The notes under the pieces are model-generated. The model did not search any database. It was not told the DNA's origin and saw nothing but the letters and a program-made list of their open reading frames with translations. A stretch of DNA of 64,000 nt from Planctomycetota bacterium (GTDB lineage: Bacteria > Planctomycetota > Planctomycetia > Planctomycetales > Planctomycetaceae), in NCBI GenBank assembly GCA_040386595.1, contig JAZKFE010000003.1, positions 24,440 to 88,439 on the forward strand, written 5' to 3'. The first letter of the stretch is position 1. Each line of letters begins with the position of its first letter. Shown here piece after piece: positions 1-11,200 of this stretch. Made by a program: the position numbers and the translations under genes.

Positions 1-1
1 G

Positions 2-3000
2 ATCGCCGGCACCGACTACGATCAAATCATAGTCAGCGGCACGGTTGATCTCAGCGGCGCGACGCTGGTTATCACGGGTGCCACAGGTGCGGTCAGCACG
101 AATCAAATTGTCACGCTGATCCAAAACACTTCCGTCAATCAGATCATCCCCAGTGCCACGTATGCGGACGGAGCAGTCGTCACGATCAACGGTAACTCGT
201 ACCGGCTGTTCTACAACGGCGGAGCAGGGGACAATGATCTGGTACTGGTCGAAAACAGTGCGCCGGCCACCGTCTATGTCGATGACAGCTTCACCGGAAA
301 CGTTGGTCAAACCATCGACGACGCCGATCTCGGCACGACCGGCGATCAGCCCGCAGTATTTGGAATCAACGCCTTCACAACGATTGCTGAAGCATTGGCT
401 GCCGTCAGCAGCAGCGGCACGGTGATCATCAACGCCGGCACTTATGCCGAGACCGTCTCCGTGAGCAGCACGCAGACGCTGGTAATCGGTGGGGCGGACA
501 CGGCTCAAGCCGTGACATTCTCCAGCTTGGCGACAGTGTCGGGAACGACCCTGAATCTGGCCGGCACTTCCAGCCTGACGATTGGTGATGCTACGGACAC
601 CGTGATTGCGGGAACAATCACCGGCGGGGGCAGCCTGACTAAGCAGGGGGCAGGCATCGTCACGGTGTCTGGAGACAACACTTACTCGGGCACGACGTCG
701 GTCAGCGCCGGCACACTGCAAGTGACCGCAAACAATGGGCTGGGGACGACTGCGGGGGGCACCACGGTCGCGTCGGGAGCTACGCTTGACCTGCGGAATG
801 TGAACTACAGCACTGCGGAAGGAGTGACACTGCAGGGCGGGACACTGGCCAATTCCAGCGGGACGTCGACCTTCGCTGGCAACGTCACAATGACTGCTGA
901 TAGCGATTTTACGACGAGTTCTTCGGTCCTGATCCAGAGTGGCGCGATTCTCGGCAACTTCCGCATCAACAAGGCAGGAGCGGGAACACTGCGGTTGAGC
1001 AACACCGGCAATTCCTTCAGCAGCGCCAGAATTAGTGGCGGTACCCTCCAATTGGGCGCATCCGGTGTGATTCCCGACATCGCCAATATCATGAATTCGA
1101 GCTCCTTTGACCTGAATGGATTTGACGAGACGTTGGACGCAGTCTCTGGCAATGGCAGCATCGTCAATTCGTCCCCCTCCATCGTCAAGGCCACGCTTAC
1201 GGTAGGCGCCGGGAATAACAGCGGTGACAGCCGGTTCAACGGCCCGATCTCGGGAGGAATCAACCTCGTGAAAACGGGGACAGGCCGTCAGACGTTGGGC
1301 TCCGGAAGCAGTTCATACACCGGCACCACAACGATCAACAACGGGACGCTGGCAGTCACCACCGAGAATTCGGGCACGGCGGCACGCGCCCTGGGCTCGG
1401 TGAACGGTCGAACTATCGTGAATTCCGGCGGCATTCTCGAATTCGTGAATGTGACTTACGACCTGGCAGAACCGATTACGGTCAACGGCGGGACGATTCG
1501 TGCCAGTGCCATCGGCGGCAACCCTGCGGCCGGCGCCAGCACCTTCGGCGGTCCGATCACCCTGTCCACCGGCACCGCCGCGTTCGACCTGACCACGGCC
1601 GCCACACTGACGCTGAACGGTATTATCGATGGCGACCAGGCACTCACCAAGACTGGCGTAGGAACGCTCGTTCTCGCCGCCGACAATTCCTATTCGGGCA
1701 ACACCACCGTCAACGCCGGCACGTTGATCGTGAATGGCTCGCTCGCTTCCAGCAGCGCAGTCGCGGTGAATAACGCCGGCACACTCGGTGGCACGGGAAC
1801 GGTCAACGGCACGGTCAATGTGGCCAGCGGGGGTACGGTTAGCCCTGGGAATTCTCCGGGAGTGTTGAGTACGGGCAATGTGACTTTTCAGAGTGGGTCG
1901 ACGTTTGTCGTGGAACTCAACGGCGCGACGACTGGCACGTTTGATCAACTCAACGTCACTGGAACCGTCTTCTTGTACAACGGCACGCTGACAGTCTCTG
2001 GCACGATTACCAGCAACATCGGTCAGCAGATCGTCATCCTCAATAATGACGACGATGAGGGGCTCGCGGGGACATTCAACAACTTGCCTGAGGGGGCCGT
2101 CTTGGACCTAAATGGTTTGGCGTTCCAAATCACGTACCAAGGTGGGACAGATGGCAACGATGTGGTGCTGACCGAAGTGCTGCCACCGAACGATGTCTCC
2201 GTGACGGTGACGGACAACATGGCGGTGCCCGTTGCAGGCGGGACAATCACCTACACGATCACAGTGACCAACACGGGACCGTTCGCCGCGAATGCCACGT
2301 CGTTAATCGACAACATCCCCGTAGCAATCACAAGCACCAGTTGGACGAGCTCAGCGGCGGGCGGGGCTACTGGTAACACAGCCTCGGGTAGCGGCAATCT
2401 CGCCGAAACGCTATTCCTTCCGGCCGGAGCGTCCGTCACTTACATGGTGACAGCCAACATCTCTAGCTCCGCAACGGGAAGCTTGAACTATACCGCGACA
2501 GTCTCTCAGGCGGGCGACACGAACTCAGACAACGACAGTGCCACGGATACCGATTTACTCGACAGCCGCGTGGCGATCACGAAGATTAACGATGCATCTG
2601 AGCCGTCCACCAACGGCAAGTTCCGAGTCACTCAAGCTGTGGCGACGGAACACGACACGATCGTGACGTACTCCATCAGCGGTACCGCCTTGAATGGGAT
2701 CGACTATGCAACCTTAACGGGCTCCGTCACGATTCCGGCGGGATCAACTTCAGCAGACATCGACGTGCTGGTTCTGAACGACCTGATCGTCGAAGCCGGC
2801 GAAACCATCGAAGTGACCCTGACGGGTTTCACGCAAGCGGACCCCGGAGTGATTCTGGATCCCACTCCCAGCAATTTAACCGCGACGGTGAATCTCAGCG
2901 ACGATGATGTCGCGACGATTTCCATAGCTCGGGTGACCGACGGTGCCGAGTCGAATTCGCCGACAAATGGCAAGTTTCGCATCACACAATCGGCCGTCAG

Positions 3001-4378
3001 TTCGATCGATACCGTGGTCAATTATTCGATCAGCGGTAGCGCAACGCCGGGCGCTGGCAACGACTACTCGACGCTGACGGGAACAGTGACGATCCCTGCC
3101 GGGCAGACTTCGGTCGATATTGATGTGACAGTTTTGAATGACAACCTTGTCGAGAGCGACGAAACGGTCATTGTGACTTTGACGACGCTCGGTACTCATG
3201 ATCCTGAGGTGACGATCAGCACACTCCCGGCAGATCAAACCGCGACCGTGACGATTCCGGACGACGACAAGCCGGTGTTTATTGGCGACAGCTCGGTGAG
3301 CGTTCCCGAAAACACCTTAACATCGACAGTGGTTCTTGATGTCGATGTAGACGATTCGCGGATCGCTGCGGGCCATAGCGTGACCTACAGCCTGTCTGGT
3401 CCCGATGCGGGATTGTTCAACATCAACAGTGCAACCGGGCAGATTACTTTCATCACCAGCCCCGACTTCGAAGCTCCCGCGGACGAGTTGGCCGATAATG
3501 TTTATCACGTCACGGTGACAGCCACTGCGGACACCGATCCGACTCAAGCGGCATCACGCGATTTGACCATCACCGTAACGCCAGTGAACGAGTTTGCCCC
3601 GGTCTATGCCAACGCTTCGCCAACCTTCTCCTTGCCAGAGAATTCAGCCGTAAACACAGTGGTGGGGACTGTCGCAGCCACAGATGCCGATTTGCCAACT
3701 CAAGGACTGACATACTCCATCGTCAGCGGTAACGACAGCGGTGCCTTCGCTATTAATCCTACAACGGGCGAAATCACCGTCGCTGATTCAACGTTGTTGG
3801 ACTACGAAACAACGCCCTCGTTCACACTGACGGTACGCGTGAGCGACAACACCCCGACGGCGAGAACCGCGAATGCCGTTGTGGAAGTGAATCTCACGAA
3901 TGTCAACGAAGGTCCGCAGATCACTATCCCTAACGCGACGGGGACGTATCATCTGACCAAACTTCCGGCGTTTGTATCTCCCGATTCTTCCTTTGCGTAT
4001 CCCGACAACGCGACCCCGAACTATGCCGGGGCGACTCTGAAGTTGTCGATCGTCGCTGGCCGCTCCAAACGAGATAAGTTAACGATCTTCTCGAAGGGAA
4101 CGGATGCCGGGCAGATCCACATCAAAGGGAAAAAGGTCTTCTTCGGTTCGACACAGATTGGAACGTTTACCGGTGGTAAGGGGGCCAAGCCTGATCTGGT
4201 GGTGACATTCAATTCCAACGCAACGAATGCGGCGGTTGACAACCTGTTGCGACGGCTCAATTTCCAAGCCAAAACCGACGTGGGCACGAACCGCACGGTG
4301 CAGATCCAAGTGACCAACATCGAAGGAGTCGACAGTAACGTCGCCACCCGCGACATTGCCGTCGTCGCCAGGGTTTGA
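2..4378 (+). CDS. 3' portion (about 1458 aa) of a very large secreted/surface adhesin-like protein; the 5' end lies upstream of the window
   Basis: Frame 2 is open from nt 2, with no stop before the listed Met at 395. Nt 2-394 translate to IAGTDYDQIIVSGTVDLSGATLVITG...YRLFYNGGAGDNDLVLV, in the same style as the rest. Four units such as LTKQGAGIVTVSGDNTYSGTTSVSAGTLQV and LTKTGVGTLVLAADNSYSGNTTVNAGTLIV match autotransporter-associated beta-strand (PATR-type) repeats (about 600-1900). There is a DUF11-like ITYTITVTNTGP unit (about 2200-2560). Two Calx-beta-like units follow (NGKFRVTQ...YSISGTA..DY.TLTG.VTIPAG.TS.DIDV.VLND; about 2570-2830 and 2910-3190). About three cadherin-like units (VPEN/LPEN ... 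DAD ... YSIVSGNDSGAFAINPTTGEITV) lie at about 3270-3900. Stop at 4376-4378. Confidence 0.85.
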   Translation: MAGTDYDQIIVSGTVDLSGATLVITGATGAVSTNQIVTLIQNTSVNQIIPSATYADGAVVTINGNSYRLFYNGGAGDNDLVLVENSAPATVYVDDSFTGNVGQTIDDADLGTTGDQPAVFGINAFTTIAEALAAVSSSGTVIINAGTYAETVSVSSTQTLVIGGADTAQAVTFSSLATVSGTTLNLAGTSSLTIGDATDTVIAGTITGGGSLTKQGAGIVTVSGDNTYSGTTSVSAGTLQVTANNGLGTTAGGTTVASGATLDLRNVNYSTAEGVTLQGGTLANSSGTSTFAGNVTMTADSDFTTSSSVLIQSGAILGNFRINKAGAGTLRLSNTGNSFSSARISGGTLQLGASGVIPDIANIMNSSSFDLNGFDETLDAVSGNGSIVNSSPSIVKATLTVGAGNNSGDSRFNGPISGGINLVKTGTGRQTLGSGSSSYTGTTTINNGTLAVTTENSGTAARALGSVNGRTIVNSGGILEFVNVTYDLAEPITVNGGTIRASAIGGNPAAGASTFGGPITLSTGTAAFDLTTAATLTLNGIIDGDQALTKTGVGTLVLAADNSYSGNTTVNAGTLIVNGSLASSSAVAVNNAGTLGGTGTVNGTVNVASGGTVSPGNSPGVLSTGNVTFQSGSTFVVELNGATTGTFDQLNVTGTVFLYNGTLTVSGTITSNIGQQIVILNNDDDEGLAGTFNNLPEGAVLDLNGLAFQITYQGGTDGNDVVLTEVLPPNDVSVTVTDNMAVPVAGGTITYTITVTNTGPFAANATSLIDNIPVAITSTSWTSSAAGGATGNTASGSGNLAETLFLPAGASVTYMVTANISSSATGSLNYTATVSQAGDTNSDNDSATDTDLLDSRVAITKINDASEPSTNGKFRVTQAVATEHDTIVTYSISGTALNGIDYATLTGSVTIPAGSTSADIDVLVLNDLIVEAGETIEVTLTGFTQADPGVILDPTPSNLTATVNLSDDDVATISIARVTDGAESNSPTNGKFRITQSAVSSIDTVVNYSISGSATPGAGNDYSTLTGTVTIPAGQTSVDIDVTVLNDNLVESDETVIVTLTTLGTHDPEVTISTLPADQTATVTIPDDDKPVFIGDSSVSVPENTLTSTVVLDVDVDDSRIAAGHSVTYSLSGPDAGLFNINSATGQITFITSPDFEAPADELADNVYHVTVTATADTDPTQAASRDLTITVTPVNEFAPVYANASPTFSLPENSAVNTVVGTVAATDADLPTQGLTYSIVSGNDSGAFAINPTTGEITVADSTLLDYETTPSFTLTVRVSDNTPTARTANAVVEVNLTNVNEGPQITIPNATGTYHLTKLPAFVSPDSSFAYPDNATPNYAGATLKLSIVAGRSKRDKLTIFSKGTDAGQIHIKGKKVFFGSTQIGTFTGGKGAKPDLVVTFNSNATNAAVDNLLRRLNFQAKTDVGTNRTVQIQVTNIEGVDSNVATRDIAVVARV

Positions 4379-4465
4379 TCTTCTTCAGACGTGCAGAGTG
4401 TTGTGGAGTGCCAACGTAGATCTGGTAGTCCTACCCGCTTCCACTTTGCCAGCCGATGTCAATAG

Positions 4466-4499
4466 GCAACAACCCTCTGCTTTCGCAGAGGGTTGTTGC
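4466..4499 (+). terminator. Candidate intrinsic terminator hairpin downstream of the first giant gene
   Basis: Perfect inverted repeat GCAACAACCCTCTGC-TTTC-GCAGAGGGTTGTTGC (15-bp stem, 4-nt loop), about 88 nt after the stop at 4378. It is followed by GTTCTTTGACC, which is only moderately T-rich. Confidence 0.5.
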
Positions 4500-5286
4500 G
4501 TTCTTTGACCTCTGGCAACGCTTGCACCTTGCGACAATGGAAACACTGCGTAAGCCGGGTAGATCCGCCGCCATGATAAGTCGCATCCACAAAGACCTGA
4601 CGTCAAGGTTTAGTGATCGTGGCTGTAACGGATTCGCGATCACATTCTGGTGGCAAAATGCCTCGTCTGATTGTGCCTCGGGGATGAGCTTGATTCGTGG
4701 ACACACGAAGATTGACTCGTAATACATCGGGTCTGACGTTGTGTTTGGCGTTTCCAGTAAGGTTAGCCGATTCTGCCCAGAATTCGCCGCAATCAGAGGT
4801 TCCTTCATTGCTATCCCGTTGGTAAGTGGACAATATTGTTCAGGCGTGACGATGGGGCCGTTATCACGCCAGCCAATCGGGTCGACGACACTGACGGTTT
4901 TCGACCACCGGCGCGTACTTTTGCTGATTTTAACGGAATTTCATGAGACTTCTGAGCCAACGCCGACTGGCCAGACGCTCCCATACTTCGCTCGATCCTT
5001 CAGAAATTGCGGCGGCTTTTATTCACCTGGGCGAATTCTCACAGTGCCTAGATGGACAGAATCTTCCGCATTTTTGATTTGCATAACAGCAGTGCATCTG
5101 ATTTTCACTCGCAATTTCCTGTCAAACGGACCATGCATCAGGAGACTTGTTCGCCCGTCTATTCTCTGAATTTTCCTCGATTGCAGCATGCTCTGAATGC
5201 TCCGATCAACAGTTTTACAGCGATTACGACGGATGTTCGTCTTGTACTCTGATGTGGTCTTTGGTCCCCCAGGTTAAGGTCCTTCG

Positions 5287-8200
5287 ATGCTAATTCGCTC
5301 CTGGTTGTTTAATCTCGTCTCGCAGTTTGCGCGTCTGACAACGCGCCGCCGCAAGGCACGGCCACAACGCATGCGAGTTCGCCGGGTCCAGAAATTAGCG
5401 CGCGCGGGCGAATCGCTGGAAGATCGAACGCTGCTGGCGGCCAGTCTGATCTTCTCTGCCCAAGTCCAGACGCCACGAAACTTGACGTTGCTCCTGGTCG
5501 GGACCGACGTGCAGATCGTCGATTCCAGCAACTCATCCACCGTGCTGGCGACAGAGTCACTGGCGAATATCACGGGCGGAGTTCAGATTTCGGGTTCCGG
5601 ATACGACGTGAATCTGACGATCGATTCCAGCCTGCCGTTGATTCCGGGAGGCATCCAGTTCGATGGTGGTTCAGGCGCCAACACCTTGAGCGGGCCAGTG
5701 GCCGACACGACGTGGTACGTCACGGGGGCGGACTCGGGCAACCTGACGAGCGGCATTTTGACCGTGCAGTTCACCGATGTCGAGAATCTCACAGGTGGTG
5801 CAGGGGCCAGCGACCAGTTTATCGTTTCTCCCACAGGTAGCCTGAGCGGCAGCGTTCAAGGGCAAGTGATCGATACGGACAGCGTCACCGTCCAGTTACA
5901 AGCCAATTCCAGTGCCCAGACGCTGGCAGCGGTTTCCGGGGCGACTTCCACTGCTGGCACAGTGACGCGCAACAATGTTGCCGCCGTCACGTATGTCGGG
6001 ATCAAGCAGCCGGTCGGCCTGACCGTCATCGCCACGGGTCAAGCAGACTCCATCGAACTGCAACGGGGAACTGCGGCCGGTACGCTCGACATTCGCAGCA
6101 CGAACACGATTGCGACCTTCGGAACGGTGAACGTGTCGCTGAAGGCCGGCACGGTGGTCGGCCTCGACATGGGAGGTGGTGGGGACTCACTGACGATTGG
6201 CTCATCCGCCGTCGACGCGGTGCTGGAAGGGGGCGAGATCGAGGTTTATGGAGGAACCGGCACAAACACCATCACCAGCCTGGCCGCAAAGAACGCATGG
6301 AACATCGACGCTCTCAACCAGGGCATTCTCAACGATCTCATCAGCTTCGTCGACATCCAGAATCTCACCGGCAGTTCCGGGCAGGACTCGTTCAACTTCG
6401 CCGCCGGTGCCGCCGTGAGTGGCACCGTGGACGGTGGCGATGGCCAGAATACCCTGGACTATTCCGCCTACACCACGCCAGTCGCCATCAATTTCGGCAC
6501 CCATGCCGCGACCGGAACGTTCTCGGCTCTCAACTACGACAAGGTCATCGGTGGTTCCGCCAGTGACACGCTGACTGGCCCGACGACCGACACCGCCTGG
6601 CACATTGAGGATGTGAACACCGGATACCTGGTCAATGCCAGCGAGACGATCCTGAACTTCTCGGGAATCGAGAACCTGACGGGCGCTGCGACCAATCGGG
6701 ATGCCTTCATCGTCGAACAGGGGGGGAGCATCTCGGGGACGCTAACAGGATCGGCCGCCGGTCACGGGGGACTGCTCATCCAAAGTGACCTCGACGACGG
6801 CTACACGATTGTCAATCCGCTGCCGGGCCTCACCACGCAAACGGTCACGGTGCATACCAAGACCGTGACCTATACCGGGCTGAATCCCTTCGTGAGCGCT
6901 ACGGCAACGGCGGACGCTGTCATCCGAGGGGGCGAAGTCGACAGCGAGTGGCGGCTGGGGGATGGCGCTACTGCGGACAAGTTGAAGATTACCAGTGTCA
7001 AAGGCCGGTTCTACGATGTCGCTTCGACAACTCTCGTCGACAACCTCACCTTCGCTAAACCGACCACGTCATTGACGATTGTTCTGGGGGACGCGTCATC
7101 GAGCCTCGCCTTGAACGCGATCAACGGACCGCTAGCCATCGACATCCAGGCGGGTGAGGGGCTGAATACACTCTATGCCTCCGACGGTGTGGACCATCTC
7201 TGGACGATCACCGATTTCAATGAGGGAACCGTTGACGGTTACGGCACAACCACCGTGCATTTCACCGGCATCGGCACTTTGATTGGTGGCAATCAGAACG
7301 ACACGTTTGCCTACGCCAATAACGTCGCGGGCGTGGATGGGATTGATGGCGGTTCTGGTGGCACCGACACGATCGACTACAGCGCCAGGACGAGCGGAGT
7401 GAGTCTCCAACTGGGCGTCGGAAACAACAACATCGACGCCGTCATTGGCGGCTCGGGGGTCGATACCCTGGTCGGCGTCGCCGATGACAACGTGTGGACG
7501 ATCTCGGGGACCAATAGCGGTCAGGTGGTCACTAACCGGCACTCAACGACCGATCTGGATTCATCCACAACGGTCGACATCGCAGCCAAAACAATCCTGT
7601 TCGCGGTCGGACAGGCATTCACTGACGGGGAGCAAGTCACTTACGTCAGCGACCTGGCCGCGGGAAGCGATACGAGCGGTCTGACATCGCATGCCACGTA
7701 CTTCGTCAAAGTGATCGACTCGAAAAAGATTCAACTGAGCCTCACTGCCGGCGGTCCACCGATCGTGCTCGGAGCCAGTCCTTGGGCCAATGGCAACAGC
7801 ATCCTGTCGCATACCGCCGTTGTGATTTACAACGTTTCCTTCAGCGGTTTTGAAAACCTCTCGGGCAATGTGGGGGACGATGAGTTCGTCCTGGCTAACG
7901 CCGCAGGAGTGAGCGGCTGGATGGATGGCGGGGCGGGAAACAATACCCTCGATTACTCGGCATATACCACCGCAATACAAGTAAATCTCGGGAAGACCTC
8001 AGCCGGGGCGACCACTGGCGCCGCGGGGGGGATTCGCAACATGACGGAAGTGGTCGGTGGCAGCGCCGCCGACACGCTGCTGGGGCCGGATCAGGATGCC
8101 ACGTGGGAAATCACGGGCGTCAACTCCGGCTCGATCGATCATGTCACATTTACCGGCAACGGCCTCACCCTCTCGCGACCGGTAGCCTTCTCCAGTTTCG

Positions 8201-11200
8201 AGAATCTGACCGGCGAATCTGGCGTGAAGGATGGATTCGTTGTCCGCGCCGGCGGCAGTATCAGCGGTATCATCAACGGCGGCACGGATCGCTCAGGCAG
8301 CCTTGCCATCGAAGACCCCGCACATCCCGGTCAAGTAGCGATCGTCATTCCGGGTGCCTCGGGAGCAGGAACATTGGCCGCTGGCACCATCTACGCGAAC
8401 ACGAGTGCGGTCACCTTCGCCGGAATCGACGCCCCATTCCGCGCGGACACGTCGGTTCCCGGTGTGCTGACAATAAGCACCAGCCTGATCAATGGACAGG
8501 TTTCCTTAACCCAGGACTCATCCGGCAACCTGACCTTAACTAGCACGAGTTCTTCGACCGCATTCTGGAACTACACGTCGAGTCAATTCGGCACCGGTTC
8601 CGTGACCTCCTCCATCCCCGCCGGAACCAACCGTGTGGAGCTGACTGGTGGCGGCAGATTCACGATTGGTGGTCTGGACCTAAACGGCGTTAATTTGGTC
8701 AGCAAGTCCGGCGGCGACTACGTATTCACTCAAAATGTGCTGACGGGCGGCGGCAGTATTATTATCGCCCCCCCGGACCGGACTAACAACGAAACGTCTC
8801 GCAATACGGACGGGACGATCACGGTCAATTCCGGTGTGGTGCTGGATACGCGGAATAAGAACTCGCAAGGCGTTTCGATCGGAGCCTCCGGCAATATCAC
8901 GCTGCAGGCCTATACGATCACCGTCAATAGCGGCGCGCAACTACTCAGTTTTGATGATCGAACGACGGCGTCTACTGCCGGCATTCCCCTGGCCATTTCG
9001 AACCAGTCGACCCCGGCAATCTTGTGGCTTCCTGGAAAAGTCTATCGCGACATTCCGACCACGGGTGGCAGTGGCACGGGACTTCGGGTTGATGTCATCA
9101 CCGACAACCAAGGCAACCCAACGGTGATCCTCCGCACGCCGGGCACGGGTTATACCAGCGGCGACGTCATCAACATTGAACACCCCAATCAATTCCTGAC
9201 CGGTAGCACATTATTCCATAATGGCAGTGACCTCACGGTGAAAGTGGACGGGCTGCAGTCACTCGGCGGAAGCATCAGCCTGTCGGCGTACCATCACGCT
9301 CAGGCAATCGCTTATTCCTACAATCCGATCGACGTCGGTATCACGGTTGGCAGTGGAGCATCAATCCGAGGTCGCGACGTCAGCATCATCGCCGACGCGG
9401 ACAATACGCGTATCTTCGATGATTCCCAAGATCAGCTGGGGCTGCTTAAAGAGGGACTGACCAATTCGTATGTCAAGCAGAAGTCGGAAGCCTTGCTCGA
9501 CTTCCTGATTAATTTCCGCGTCCTGGTGGGAGTCAGTCTGTCCGAGGCCTCGGCCACGGTCAACCTGATGGCCGGGTCGACGATCGAAGCGGTCGGCGGG
9601 AGCGTCTTCACCGAGGCGTTTGCCAGATCCAAAGCCCATGCGTTTACTCTGGGGCTGACGGTTGGATTTACCTATGCCCGCAGCGATGCGACAGCGTCGG
9701 TCGATGTGCAAGGAACCGTGACCTCAACGACAGGCAGCGTCAGCATCGTCGCCACGACGGCCAACATCATCGATGTGACCACTAAGACCACGAGCGCTGG
9801 GCCGCTAAAACGCCTCAACCCGTTTTCCGTTTCGGCAGCCGTGACGGAAGGCTATTCGCATGCGACGGTCACCATCGGAACGTCCGCGGTGATTTCCGCG
9901 GGTAAAGATGTGGCGGTGTGGGCGCTCAACGCCAAAAACATGTCGACGTCCGTCTCCGCTTCGAGCGACGACTCGAAGCTGGGCATCTCCGTATTGGTGG
10001 CGCTCGACGACGCCACAGCCGACGTGCTGATTGCCGGCCACGTGACTGGGGCGAACGTGCAGTTCGTCTCCCAGACGATGGCCGACAAAGACTCCACCTT
10101 GGTCAAGTTCCAAAATGGCCAGCCCATTAGAAACAATAAGGTCAACTACGCCACCAATCTGCTGCAGATTACGCGAACGGGTGCTGACGCGGTCGCGGGA
10201 AGCCCCGACGTCACGGCGGGTATGGCCGGCATCATCGGCTCGCTCCTGAAAACCCGCAGTGACCGGAACTATGGCAAAGATGCGGAGAAGTTGGGGGATC
10301 AAGTTAAAGAAGGTCATTCCGTCGGAGTGATCGTGGCGGGGTTTGGCTGGCATTCGGATACTGCGACGACCACAATCGCTAGCACGGCCGTGATCAACGC
10401 TACCGGCAGTGTCAAGATCCATGCCGATGTCCTCGATCGGCCCGACGTGACGGCCCAAGGTCTGGCCGCCGTCATGAGTCTGCCGGGCGTGACTCAGACG
10501 CCTGGCGAGCGGATTGTGGCCATCGCCGTCGGCTTTGGCGACTTCACCAACAAGTCGAACGCACTGGTTCAAGGGGGAGCGGAAATCAATGCCGGCGGGC
10601 TGCTGGACGTCGCGGCCAACACGCTGCTTCCCTACGTCATTCCGTGGCAGGATTTCAATACCGAGGACACGCTCAAAACCAGTGAGCAAGTCGTCAGTCG
10701 CCTGCTGCAGCATCTCGGCGATGATAATCTGGGGGCGAATGAATATTTCACGTCTTTCGCCCAGAGTACGGCTGTCGGTAACAAGAAGGGTTATGCGGTC
10801 TCGGCGGACATTCTGGGGATGACCAATGGTGCGGTGGCCCGCATCGAATCCGGCGCGAAGATCAACCAGACCGGCGCGATAACGAGTACGCGCGACGTGA
10901 GCGTCACGGCCAAAGTGGACGTCATGGCGCTGCACCTGGCCGGCAACTTTCCGCAGATTCTCGATGCCGTATTGGGCTCGGCCGATCGGAAGCAGACGGT
11001 CAGCAACAGCGGCACGGCGAGCGGCATTGGCGGCGCGTTCTCGGTGATTATGTACGACAACACGACGCAGGCCATCATCGAGTCTGGTGCTCAGGTGAAG
11101 GCCCACGATCTGCGGGTTGATGCCCAAACAGTGGTCAAAACGGTCTCACTGGGAATCTCCGGCGGCAAGGCGGGTGAGACGGCCGTTAATGGCGTCGTCA

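Noticed and set aside
153-425. A 90-aa ORF at the window start, and the Met at 395 as the start of the first large gene.
   Set aside because: Frame 2 is open from nt 2, and the upstream translation is of the same repeat type. The gene is therefore 5'-truncated by the window, and 153-425 is an out-of-frame overlap.
4431-4940. Minus-strand ORF in the spacer between the giant genes (125 aa from Met 4808; open back to about 4940). Some of it reads as protein-like (SVVDPIGWRDNGPIVTPEQY...DPMYYESIFVCPRIKLIPE), suggesting a possible gene remnant.
   Set aside because: No recognisable family. Its 3' end runs through the 15-bp terminator hairpin. It is short and has no convincing start context. At most it is a decayed pseudogene, and I cannot support that without a database search.
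4741-5252. Plus-strand ORFs 4741-5169 and 5052-5252 just upstream of the giant gene.
   Set aside because: Their sequences are Cys/Phe/Arg/Ser-rich and low-complexity, with no domain signal. This is more likely the promoter or 5' leader region of the giant gene.
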